Positions 40,172 through 48,117 of a DNA stretch of 64,000 nt are shown here, piece after piece (the first letter of the stretch is position 1; the number at the start of each line of letters is the position of its first letter). The position numbers were made by a program, and so were the translations under genes. Under the pieces are notes generated by a model that made no database searches, was not told where the DNA came from, and saw only the letters and a list, made by a program, of their open reading frames with translations. The DNA is from an uncultured Bacteroidaceae bacterium (GTDB taxonomy: Bacteria; Bacteroidota; Bacteroidia; Bacteroidales; GCA-2748055). Where the stretch lies: positions 2,455-66,454 of the forward strand of contig CAZIIU010000008.1 in assembly GCA_964539395.1 (NCBI GenBank). The letters are read 5' to 3'.

Positions 40172-40186
40172 CAACTCATTTGCAAA
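40168..40186. promoter_or_regulatory. Inverted repeat TTTGCAA-N5-TTGCAAA, candidate Zur/Fur operator
   Basis: Perfect 7-bp arms overlap the -7 element and the predicted transcription start of the Fur-family gene. Confidence 0.35.
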
Positions 40187-40195
40187 TAAAAGAGA

Positions 40196-40603
40196 TTGAA
40201 TCCCGGTAATATTTTACACAGAAACGGTTTGAGTAAAACCAGGAGCAGGATCAATATCCTGAATCTGATGAAGGGTGCAGAAGCTCCGCTCTCTGGTAAA
40301 GAGATATGTTCCGGATTAAAGGAAAAGTGCGACAAATCTACTGTATATAGAACCCTAAGCTCCCTCTATGAAAAAAAAATCATCCAGCGTGTGATCATTG
40401 ATCGTGAGGTAAAATTTGCCTTAAAAATATCCGATAATAGCAGTTTTGGCCATAATTCCGACCACCTGTATTTTAAATGTTCTATCTGTGAAAAACTCAT
40501 TTGTCTGACAGAAGTCGAAGTTCAGGATTACACCCTTCCGGATGGTTTTGTAAAAGAAGAGAACCAGTTCCTGGTCATTGGAAAATGTAATAAATGTCGC
40601 TAA
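40196..40603 (+). CDS. zur: Fur-family metalloregulator (Zur-like)
   Basis: The winged-helix N-terminus (RSRINILNLM...LSGKEI) and two CxxC pairs (CSICEK, CNKCR) fit the family. It heads a znuABC-type operon. The start codon is TTG. Confidence 0.78.
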   Translation: MNPGNILHRNGLSKTRSRINILNLMKGAEAPLSGKEICSGLKEKCDKSTVYRTLSSLYEKKIIQRVIIDREVKFALKISDNSSFGHNSDHLYFKCSICEKLICLTEVEVQDYTLPDGFVKEENQFLVIGKCNKCR

Positions 40604-40944
40604 TCAAGACAAAATATAAAAATGGCCTTAAAAAGGGATTCAACACAGTAAGCAGTTGGATTGGCACAGGCGTGTCTTTTGTCCTGATAATACCTGTAAA
40701 GTTGTACCAATGGACTATTTCTCCCCTGCTTCCGGGAACATGCCGTTATGTTCCGACATGTTCCGAGTATGCGATAGAGGCACTGCGTACTCACGGTCCG
40801 GTAAAGGGATTTATACTGGGAACGAAGAGGATATTTAGTTGTCATCCCTGGGGCGGACATGGATTTGACCCGGTACCCCCGGCAGGAACTCCTTTGTTTA
40901 AATTCATGAAATTCAAATCAAATAAAAACAATGAGCAGAATTAA
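40594..40944 (+). CDS. yidD: Membrane protein insertion efficiency factor YidD
   Basis: LYQWTISPLLPGTCRYVPTCSEYAIEALRTHG and SCHPWGGHGFDPVP are the YidD signature. It overlaps zur by 10 nt and znuA by 14 nt. Confidence 0.8.
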   Translation: MSLIKTKYKNGLKKGFNTVSSWIGTGVSFVLIIPVKLYQWTISPLLPGTCRYVPTCSEYAIEALRTHGPVKGFILGTKRIFSCHPWGGHGFDPVPPAGTPLFKFMKFKSNKNNEQN

Positions 40945-41809
40945 TCAATTAATTGTAGTTGTCCTGTTATTAAGTGGATGTGGCAGCCAGGGTTCTCAGA
41001 ATGAAAAAGATAGAATTGCAGTTAGTATCCTGCCCCAGAAATATTTCGTTTCAAAAATAGCAGGCGACCAATTTGAGATCAACGTCCTTATTCCCCCGGG
41101 GGCAAGTCCTGCCACCTATGAGCCAACTCCTTCACAAATGGCATCCCTTTCACAAACCGATTTATACATGAAGCTGGGTCATACAGGTTTTGAAATGGCA
41201 TGGATGGAAAAACTTGCATCCACAAATGATCAAATGAAAATTATCGATCTATCCGAAGGTGTTGATCTCATTATTGAAGATGTGTTACATGAGCACACCC
41301 ACGAGCATGATCACCATCACGGCGGAGTTGATCCTCATATCTGGTTATCACCCAGAAACGCTATGGTCATTGCAAAGAACATCTCCCATGCTCTTATTTC
41401 TGAGTATCCGGAATTCGCTGAATCTTTCAGCTCCAATCTTGCTTTGTTTCTTCATGAGTTGGACACCCTGGATAGTTACATTTCAAAAGAATTGTCCGAA
41501 CTGACGTCTAATAGTTTTTTCATCTATCATCCTTCACTTTCGTATTATGCAAGAGATTATGATCTGAAACAGTATCCAATGGAACTTGGAGGGAAGACAC
41601 CATCTGCTTCCCATATGAGAAACCTGATCGATACTGCCAGAAAAGCGGGGATCCGCGTCATCTTTCTTCAAATGCAATTCGATGAAAAAAATGCAGAGGT
41701 TCTGTCAAAAGAGACCGGGGCTGAAATTATACAAATCAATCCCTTGGATGTTGAATGGTTTGATCAGATGCTGTATATTACAAAAACGCTGAAAGAGAAC
41801 CTGCAATGA
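40931..41809 (+). CDS. znuA: Zinc ABC transporter substrate-binding lipoprotein (ZnuA-like)
   Basis: Lipobox LLLSGCG. The His-rich loop HEHTHEHDHHHGGVDPHIW is typical of Zn-specific cluster A-I binding proteins. Confidence 0.85.
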   Translation: MSRINQLIVVVLLLSGCGSQGSQNEKDRIAVSILPQKYFVSKIAGDQFEINVLIPPGASPATYEPTPSQMASLSQTDLYMKLGHTGFEMAWMEKLASTNDQMKIIDLSEGVDLIIEDVLHEHTHEHDHHHGGVDPHIWLSPRNAMVIAKNISHALISEYPEFAESFSSNLALFLHELDTLDSYISKELSELTSNSFFIYHPSLSYYARDYDLKQYPMELGGKTPSASHMRNLIDTARKAGIRVIFLQMQFDEKNAEVLSKETGAEIIQINPLDVEWFDQMLYITKTLKENLQ

Positions 41810-42549
41810 AGAAACCGCTTGTGTCCCTAAAAAATATCTCTGCAGGCTACCCGGGAAATCTTGTTCTCAGAGGTGTTTCAATGGATATTGAACCCGACGA
41901 CTTTACCGGTATAATTGGTCCGAATGGGGGTGGAAAAACCACACTTCTTATGGTCATACTCGGACTGTTAAAACCCATCGAAGGGACTCTCAAACGAAAT
42001 ATCGGGAAACATGATATAGGATACCTGCCCCAGGTGAGCCAGTTTGATGGACAGTTTCCCATCACGGTTGAAAATGTTGTACTCTCTGGCCTTTCATCAG
42101 GAATTAATATCCGAAGAAAGAAACATCCTGAATCAGTTCAGAAAGTCAGGGCCATTCTTAATTCTGTAGGAATTTCAGAACTCAGTCATCGACCGATAGG
42201 AGAACTTTCAGGGGGCGAGCTGCAACGTACCATGCTGGCGCGAGCAATCGTTTCATCCCCAAAACTCCTGATCCTGGATGAACCAAATACTTACGTTGAC
42301 AACCGCTTCGAACTGGAGCTCTACAGAATTCTGGATGAACTCAATAAGAAAATGTCCATATTGCTTGTGTCGCATGATCTGGGAATAATTTCACCTTACA
42401 TTAAGTCAATTGCATGTGTCAATGGAACATTGCATTATCACCCTTCAAACCAGATAACCAATGAACAATTAAAGGTTTATAATTGTCCGATCGAACTTAT
42501 AACCCATGGTCCCGTACCACACAGGGTAATTGAGGAACATAAACAGTGA
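41806..42549 (+). CDS. znuC: Metal ABC transporter ATP-binding protein (ZnuC-like)
   Basis: Walker A GPNGGGKT, signature LSGGELQR and Walker B LLILDEP. It overlaps znuA by 4 nt. Confidence 0.88.
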   Translation: MKKPLVSLKNISAGYPGNLVLRGVSMDIEPDDFTGIIGPNGGGKTTLLMVILGLLKPIEGTLKRNIGKHDIGYLPQVSQFDGQFPITVENVVLSGLSSGINIRRKKHPESVQKVRAILNSVGISELSHRPIGELSGGELQRTMLARAIVSSPKLLILDEPNTYVDNRFELELYRILDELNKKMSILLVSHDLGIISPYIKSIACVNGTLHYHPSNQITNEQLKVYNCPIELITHGPVPHRVIEEHKQ

Positions 42550-42553
42550 TATA

Positions 42554-43378
42554 ATGGAACTGATCCGGTTATTCGAATATGAGTTTCTCAGAAATGCATT
42601 CTTAGCTGCACTCCTGATGTCTGTTACATGCGGATTGGTTGGCACATACATTGTCGCAAGGCGCATGGTATTTATTAGTGGTGGAATTACCCATGCCTCA
42701 TTTGGAGGTGTCGGGATTAGTTATTATTTCGGATGGTCCCCGATCGCTGGTGCAGCTGTGTTTGCAGTTGCTGCAGCACTTATCACCGAAAACCTGACCA
42801 GAAAAAAGCGGATCAGGAACGACTCACTTATCGCTGTTATGTGGTCATTTGGTATGGCCATCGGGATCATCTTTGTTTACCTAACACCGGGTTACTCTCC
42901 AAACCTGATGAGCTTTCTGTTCGGCAGTATTATCACCGTTACCCCCACAGATCTATCATTAATGGCTGCCCTCACAATTATTGTCAGCCTTATATTCATT
43001 CTGTTCTACCGGGTTATCCTGTTTGTCTCGTTCGATGAACAATTTGCCAGGACCCGTGGCATCCCGGTGATGTTTGTAAACTACCTGCTGATAATTCTTG
43101 TTGCTCTTACAATTGTATTGAGCATTCGTGTTGCCGGGATCATTCTTGTACTCAGTTTGCTAACCATACCTCAGAATACCGCAAATCTTTTTTCAAACAG
43201 TTTTGGCCGTATCCTGGTATGGTCAGTTATAATCGGGTTTATTGGTGCAATTACTGGATTAGTCACTTCTTACTTCCTGAATATCCCTTCAGGAGCTACA
43301 ATAATTTTCAGCCTGGTCGTAATCTACCTGATCGGTCGAAGCATAAAATCCATCATGAGCAGAAAACCCAGTGCATAA
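42554..43378 (+). CDS. znuB: Metal ABC transporter permease (ZnuB-like)
   Basis: I moved the start to the ATG at 42554 (MELIRLFEYEFLRNAF). The protein is polytopic and ABC-3 family-like. Confidence 0.85.
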   Translation: MELIRLFEYEFLRNAFLAALLMSVTCGLVGTYIVARRMVFISGGITHASFGGVGISYYFGWSPIAGAAVFAVAAALITENLTRKKRIRNDSLIAVMWSFGMAIGIIFVYLTPGYSPNLMSFLFGSIITVTPTDLSLMAALTIIVSLIFILFYRVILFVSFDEQFARTRGIPVMFVNYLLIILVALTIVLSIRVAGIILVLSLLTIPQNTANLFSNSFGRILVWSVIIGFIGAITGLVTSYFLNIPSGATIIFSLVVIYLIGRSIKSIMSRKPSA

Positions 43379-43450
43379 ACAAAGAAGGTAAACGCTTTTT
43401 GAACTGGTTGATTATTTTAACTAATTTCGTGCCGATAAAACAGAACAGAC

Positions 43451-44263
43451 ATGGAACAACAAAAAATCATTGAAAACGCCTGGGAAAACAGGGAACTGCT
43501 AAAAGATAAAGGTGTTCAGGCTATAATCAGTGAAGTGATAGAGATGCTCGATAACGGTAAGATCAGAGTAGCCGAAAGAGTTGGCGGGAAATGGCAGGTC
43601 AACAATTGGGTAAAAAAGGCGGTGATTCTCTACTTCCCGATTCGAAAAATGGAAGCGATTGAGGTGCCTCCTTTTGAATTTCATGACAAAATTCCTCTTA
43701 AAAAAGGGTATATGGAAAAAGGGATACGCGTCGTACCCCATGCCATAGCCAGGTATGGGTCATATATCTCCTCGGGAGTAATCATGATGCCATCATATAT
43801 CAATATCGGAGCATATGTTGATTCGGGTACCATGGTTGATACCTGGGCAACTGTTGGTTCCTGTGCCCAAATAGGCAGGAACGTACACCTGAGTGGTGGT
43901 GTTGGTATTGGCGGAGTTCTTGAGCCCGTTCAGGCGGCCCCTGTAATTATCGAGGATGATTGCTTTATCGGTTCCCGCAGCATTGTTGTGGAAGGGGTAA
44001 GGATTGAAAGTGAAGCTGTTTTGGGTGCCAACGTTGTGATTACACAGTCGACTCGGATAATCGATGTTTCCAGCAAAGAACCGGTCGAACACAAAGGTGT
44101 TGTCCCGGCCCGTTCAGTAGTTATACCGGGCTCCTTCACAAAAACATTCCCTGCCGGCAACTACCAGGTTGCCTGTGCCCTGATTGTCGGAAAACGCAAA
44201 CCTTCCACCGATCTGAAAACTTCTCTCAATGATGCACTGCGGGAATATAATGTAGCTGTCTGA
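43451..44263 (+). CDS. dapD: 2,3,4,5-tetrahydropyridine-2,6-dicarboxylate N-succinyltransferase
   Basis: 270 aa with left-handed beta-helix hexapeptide repeats (GAYVDSGTMVDTWATVGSCAQIGRNVHLSGGVGIGGVLEP). Confidence 0.88.
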   Translation: MEQQKIIENAWENRELLKDKGVQAIISEVIEMLDNGKIRVAERVGGKWQVNNWVKKAVILYFPIRKMEAIEVPPFEFHDKIPLKKGYMEKGIRVVPHAIARYGSYISSGVIMMPSYINIGAYVDSGTMVDTWATVGSCAQIGRNVHLSGGVGIGGVLEPVQAAPVIIEDDCFIGSRSIVVEGVRIESEAVLGANVVITQSTRIIDVSSKEPVEHKGVVPARSVVIPGSFTKTFPAGNYQVACALIVGKRKPSTDLKTSLNDALREYNVAV

Positions 44264-45378
44264 TGCGTATCGGGTTTGATGCAAAAAGAGCTTTCCATAA
44301 CAACACCGGTTTAGGGAATTACAGCCGGTCAGTGATCAATGCACTCTGCAGGCTTTATCCCGACAATGAATATAACCTTTATACTCCCTCAAAGAGTAGT
44401 ACAGGGATGTACATTCATCCCGTAAATGCTTACGTTGGGTTGCCACCGGTCCAGTTTTCAGGTCTGCTGAAGAACTATTGGCGCACATTCGGTCTGGGAA
44501 GGCAACTGGTTAAGGATAACATTGATCTTTTCCACGGACTTTCGAATGAGATTCCTTACGGTCTGCGAAAGACCGGTATAAAAAGTGTTGTAACGATCCA
44601 CGACCTGATCTTTATGCGCTTACCCAGTTTATACCATCCGGCAGACAGGTATATTTATGAGAAGAAGGTGAGAAATGCAATAAAAACGGCAGACAGGATC
44701 ATTGCGATCAGCAGACAAACAAAAGATGACCTTGTAGACATATTTAACGCTGATGAGCGCAAGATCAGAGTTATCTACCAGGGATGTAACCCCTGGTTTT
44801 ATAGCAGGGTAAGAGAGGAAATTAAAGTGGAGATTCGTGAAAAGTACAAGCTTCCTTCCAAGTACCTGCTTTATATAGGTACCATAGAGAAAAGGAAGAA
44901 TCTGCTTACAATCATCCGCGCAATTCATGAAAGCCAGATAAAAACTCCTCTGGTGGTAGTTGGAAGAAAAACAAACTACTTTGAAACAGTAAAAAAGTAT
45001 ATCGATAACCACCGGATTAAGCATATTGTTTTTTACCATCACATTGAAAATAAAGACCTGCCAGCGATCTACCAGCAAGCTGAGGCCTTCATATATCCCA
45101 GTTATTATGAAGGTTTTGGGATACCTGTGCTGGAAGCTTTAAATTCGGGTATTCCGGTAATAACCACACGTGGCGGCTGCCTGGAAGAGACCGCTGGCAA
45201 TGGCGCTTTGTTCATTGATCCAGGCAATCAGGACCAGCTGGCGGAAGCTATCAGGTCTGTGACAGAAAACCGGGAAATACGCCAGAAACTGGTTGCGGAA
45301 GGTAAAAAACATGCTCTACTCTTCAGAGAAGAAAATACAATCCCTGAGCTAATTGAACTTTACAAAGAATGCCTGTAA
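44263..45378 (+). CDS. GT4-family (group 1) glycosyltransferase
   Basis: GT-B C-terminal motif YEGFGIPVLEALNSGIPVITT. The start ATG overlaps the dapD stop. Confidence 0.8.
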   Translation: MRIGFDAKRAFHNNTGLGNYSRSVINALCRLYPDNEYNLYTPSKSSTGMYIHPVNAYVGLPPVQFSGLLKNYWRTFGLGRQLVKDNIDLFHGLSNEIPYGLRKTGIKSVVTIHDLIFMRLPSLYHPADRYIYEKKVRNAIKTADRIIAISRQTKDDLVDIFNADERKIRVIYQGCNPWFYSRVREEIKVEIREKYKLPSKYLLYIGTIEKRKNLLTIIRAIHESQIKTPLVVVGRKTNYFETVKKYIDNHRIKHIVFYHHIENKDLPAIYQQAEAFIYPSYYEGFGIPVLEALNSGIPVITTRGGCLEETAGNGALFIDPGNQDQLAEAIRSVTENREIRQKLVAEGKKHALLFREENTIPELIELYKECL

Positions 45379-45941
45379 TGAGAGCTGATATACTTGCAGC
45401 ACTGAATGTGCTGAGAAAAGGTGGTATTATCATTTACCCCACAGATACTATCTGGGGAATCGGTTGTGATGCAACAAATGAAACGGCTGTTTCGAGAGTA
45501 TATGATATCAAGGAACGAAACGATAATAAGAGCATGTTGGTTCTTCTTCATTCAGAAAGCCTATTGCCCTCTTATGTTCGTGAAGTCCCCGAAATAGCAT
45601 GGCAACTGATAGAAGCTTCGGTTGACCCACTAACCATCATCTACCCGGAAGCAAAAAACCTTGCAGGAAACCTGACCGGACCAGATGGAAGCATCGGAAT
45701 TAGGGTTGTGAATGACCCCTTCTGCTCCCAGTTGATTTCACAGTTCAAAAAACCAATTGTTTCAACCTCTGCCAACATCTCCGGAACATCATCCCCGTCA
45801 AACTTCAATGAGATTGACAAAGCCCTTCTTCAAAAAGTGGATTATGTTGTACGATGGAGACAGGATGATCTAGCCGGGGGAAAGCCATCATCGATCATTA
45901 AGCTGGGAATAAGTGGTAAAATCGAAATCATCAGGAAATAA
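45369..45941 (+). CDS. tsaC: L-threonylcarbamoyladenylate synthase (YrdC/TsaC family)
   Basis: YrdC-domain blocks GGIIIYPTDTIWGIGCDA and VSTSANISG. An alternative ATG is at 45378. Confidence 0.85.
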   Translation: MPVMRADILAALNVLRKGGIIIYPTDTIWGIGCDATNETAVSRVYDIKERNDNKSMLVLLHSESLLPSYVREVPEIAWQLIEASVDPLTIIYPEAKNLAGNLTGPDGSIGIRVVNDPFCSQLISQFKKPIVSTSANISGTSSPSNFNEIDKALLQKVDYVVRWRQDDLAGGKPSSIIKLGISGKIEIIRK

Positions 45942-46449
45942 CCAACCCTTCCGGAAAATCTGCCATGATTATCCTCCTGTGCAGATCAACTGAAAGAAGA
46001 TAATCGGCCTGCACAGGCAACATTACCTCAATGTCCTGCCTCTCCAGCAGCAGTATGGGATTAGTTGGATGATTAAAAAAATCCTTCACGCGATACTGAT
46101 TGTTCGTCGAAATATCGGTTACAAGAAACCCTATATACTCCTCTGGCCTGAATGCAGAATCCTGAACTTCTGAATGCCGCTCCGGTTGATCAAACACTTC
46201 ACAACCTGTATAATGACGGGCTTCATCTTCCGAGTTGATAAATTCAAACAGAATAATACATTTTTCCCCCGATGAATCATGTGAAATCTCTTCAATAAAG
46301 AAAGGGATGCGTTGTCCAGCAATATCGATGAACAAAGGCATCCCTTGTTGTAGTTTTCTTAGATTCCCAGGATATCCCTTCATAAGCAACCCACCTTTAA
46401 ACCCATGTGGCTTAATCAGGGTTCCTGTATGGTTCTCCATTTGAGACAT
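45931..46449 (-). CDS. rimM: 16S rRNA processing protein RimM
   Basis: I moved the start to the ATG at 46449 because the longer ORF reads the rpsP tail in another frame. GTLIKPHGFKGGL is present, and the gene follows rpsP as in the classical rpsP-rimM arrangement. Confidence 0.82.
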   Translation of the reverse strand: MSQMENHTGTLIKPHGFKGGLLMKGYPGNLRKLQQGMPLFIDIAGQRIPFFIEEISHDSSGEKCIILFEFINSEDEARHYTGCEVFDQPERHSEVQDSAFRPEEYIGFLVTDISTNNQYRVKDFFNHPTNPILLLERQDIEVMLPVQADYLLSVDLHRRIIMADFPEGLVIS

Positions 46450-46465
46450 ACCTGGAAAATCTAAT

Positions 46466-47227
46466 CTACTTTTTCTCTTCCTTATCCTCTTTGTTCTCAG
46501 GAACAGGCTCCTCAGACTTAGGTTCCGCAACTTCGGCTTCCTCCTTCGAACCGGCTTCAGGTTCCTCAGCTTTTGCCTTTTCAGCCTTTGGTTCCTCAGC
46601 TTTTGCCTCCTCAGCCTTTGGTTTATCAGTAACAACCTCTTCCTCCGCTTGGCCTGCCGGCTCAGCATTTACTACTTCCTGCTTCGATTCTTCAGCTTCA
46701 GCTTTCTTGTCTTCAGACTCACTTTTATCTGCTTCACCTGCCTCCGCAGCCGATTTCTCCTTCAATAAATCAGCTCTCTGCTTTTCAATTTCAAGCTGAC
46801 GTGTCTCACGCACCTTTGCTTCAGCCTCAAATCGGGCTTTTTTCTCGGCATCTTTGCCCGACTTCAGTTTTTCAACCTTTTCCCGGATTTTACTCTCCTT
46901 CTCACTCAACCATTTTTGGAACCGTCTTTCAGCTTCTGCTTCATCAAAAGCACCTTTTTTAACACCTTCCAAAAGGTGTTTCTTGTACATGACCCCTTTA
47001 TAGGAGAGAATAGCCCTACATGTGTCTGTAGGTTGAGCGCCATTTTGTAACCATTTCAATGACTTTTCAAAGTCAATTTCAATGGAAGCAGGATTAGTAT
47101 TTGGATCATACTGACCCAGCGTTTCTATGAACCTGCCATCCCGTGGCGCCCTGCTATCAGCAACTACTATAGCGTAGATCTTTGAAAACTTGCGACCCCG
47201 TCGCGCTAATCTGATTTTTACAGGCAT
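46466..47227 (-). CDS. rpsP: 30S ribosomal protein S16 with ~170-aa Lys/Glu/Ala-rich C-terminal extension
   Basis: I moved the start to the ATG at 47227, giving [35 protein letters not shown], which is the S16 core. The rest of the 253-aa protein is charged low-complexity sequence. Confidence 0.9.
   Translation of the reverse strand: MPVKIRLARRGRKFSKIYAIVVADSRAPRDGRFIETLGQYDPNTNPASIEIDFEKSLKWLQNGAQPTDTCRAILSYKGVMYKKHLLEGVKKGAFDEAEAERRFQKWLSEKESKIREKVEKLKSGKDAEKKARFEAEAKVRETRQLEIEKQRADLLKEKSAAEAGEADKSESEDKKAEAEESKQEVVNAEPAGQAEEEVVTDKPKAEEAKAEEPKAEKAKAEEPEAGSKEEAEVAEPKSEEPVPENKEDKEEKK
46561..46620. repeat. Two tandem 30-bp units (28/30 identical) inside the rpsP tail
   Basis: gttcctcagcttttgccttttcagcctttg is followed directly by gttcctcagcttttgcctcctcagcctttg. 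On the minus strand these encode the KAEEPKAE-type repeats. Confidence 0.85.
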
Positions 47228-47269
47228 ACTCTTAAAATTTAAATTATACCAATTTTTAAAACGTGGCTG

Positions 47270-47277
47270 CAAAGGTA
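47270..47277 (-). promoter_or_regulatory. Bacteroidota-type -7 promoter element (TACCTTTG on minus strand) for rpsP
   Basis: The plus-strand caaaggta is the reverse complement of TACCTTTG, located 42 nt upstream of the rpsP ATG. Confidence 0.35.
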
Positions 47278-47422
47278 GGCTTTCCAATTAGAAATCCAAT
47301 ACATTAAATGGCAAAAACAACAACCGCTGCCTATATTTACCCGGAATATACCGTGCTTTTTGATGACAAATAATCACCAAACCAGTGATTCGAAATTTGA
47401 TTTACGAGAGCCGGAGGGACAG

Positions 47423-47791
47423 TTAGTTAACTATGAGTTTTTCTGAATAGACCTTATCTCCGTGAGTAATCTTTACAAAATAGAGCCCTTGCTGAAGGGA
47501 ACTTACATCCAATTCCGCTTTATAAAGCTTCTGCACATAAATCAATCTTCCTTCGTATTTTAAAACCATTTTACCTGTCAGATCAATGACTTGAATCACA
47601 GGCAGCACTTTGCTCTCCGAATGAAATTCGATCATTAAACGATCTTTGACGGGATTCGGATAAACAGATAATTTCTCATCGTTGGAGAACTGGTATGCTG
47701 ATTCACGGGTATAGGATGAACCTGTTGACAGAAAAAGGGTCCAGGCTATGATAAACAGGATTGACAGTGTACGTGTAATTCTGTGTTCCAT
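47423..47791 (-). CDS. Small secreted protein made almost entirely of a T9SS C-terminal sorting domain
   Basis: I moved the start to the ATG at 47791, which gives a signal peptide (LSILFIIAWTLFLS). LSVYPNPVKDRLMIEF...IDLTGKMV...LQQGLYFVKI matches the Por/T9SS CTD pattern. Total length is 122 aa. Confidence 0.7.
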   Translation of the reverse strand: MEHRITRTLSILFIIAWTLFLSTGSSYTRESAYQFSNDEKLSVYPNPVKDRLMIEFHSESKVLPVIQVIDLTGKMVLKYEGRLIYVQKLYKAELDVSSLQQGLYFVKITHGDKVYSEKLIVN

Positions 47792-48117
47792 GATTCTGCT
47801 TTTCAAATTATGCTGCAAAAACCGAGCCATAATATAACTAAATTCTATCACTTTTACAACAGGCAACAAGCTGTATTGCACCCGAATGTTATGAACATCT
47901 AATAAAAGAACCGAACAAATTGAAATCTCTGTCTGAATCGAACCCTCAGGAATTACTGCTGAGAACTTCAGTGAATGAGGATACACCCTGCTTCTCCTTT
48001 TGTTAAAACTTATGAACAAACCGGACATTTCTCAACCAAATACTATACCTTTATATTCAAATCATTTCTTATGTTAATTGTCTGTTATTTAACTATATAG
48101 GACCATTTTTAATCGCT

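Noticed and set aside
46450-46668. Arg/Lys-rich 73-aa N-terminal extension of the rimM ORF
   Set aside because: It is an alternative-frame reading of the repetitive rpsP tail. RimM homology begins at the ATG at 46449.
46491-46799. 102-aa Ser/Ala/Phe-rich plus-strand ORF
   Set aside because: It is the antisense reading of the repetitive S16 extension and is an artefact of low-complexity sequence.
47792-48028. 79-codon N-terminal extension of the T9SS-CTD ORF
   Set aside because: The extension has no signal peptide at its N-terminus, whereas the internal ATG at 47791 gives a proper signal peptide. The region could still hold a degraded cargo remnant, as noted in the findings.
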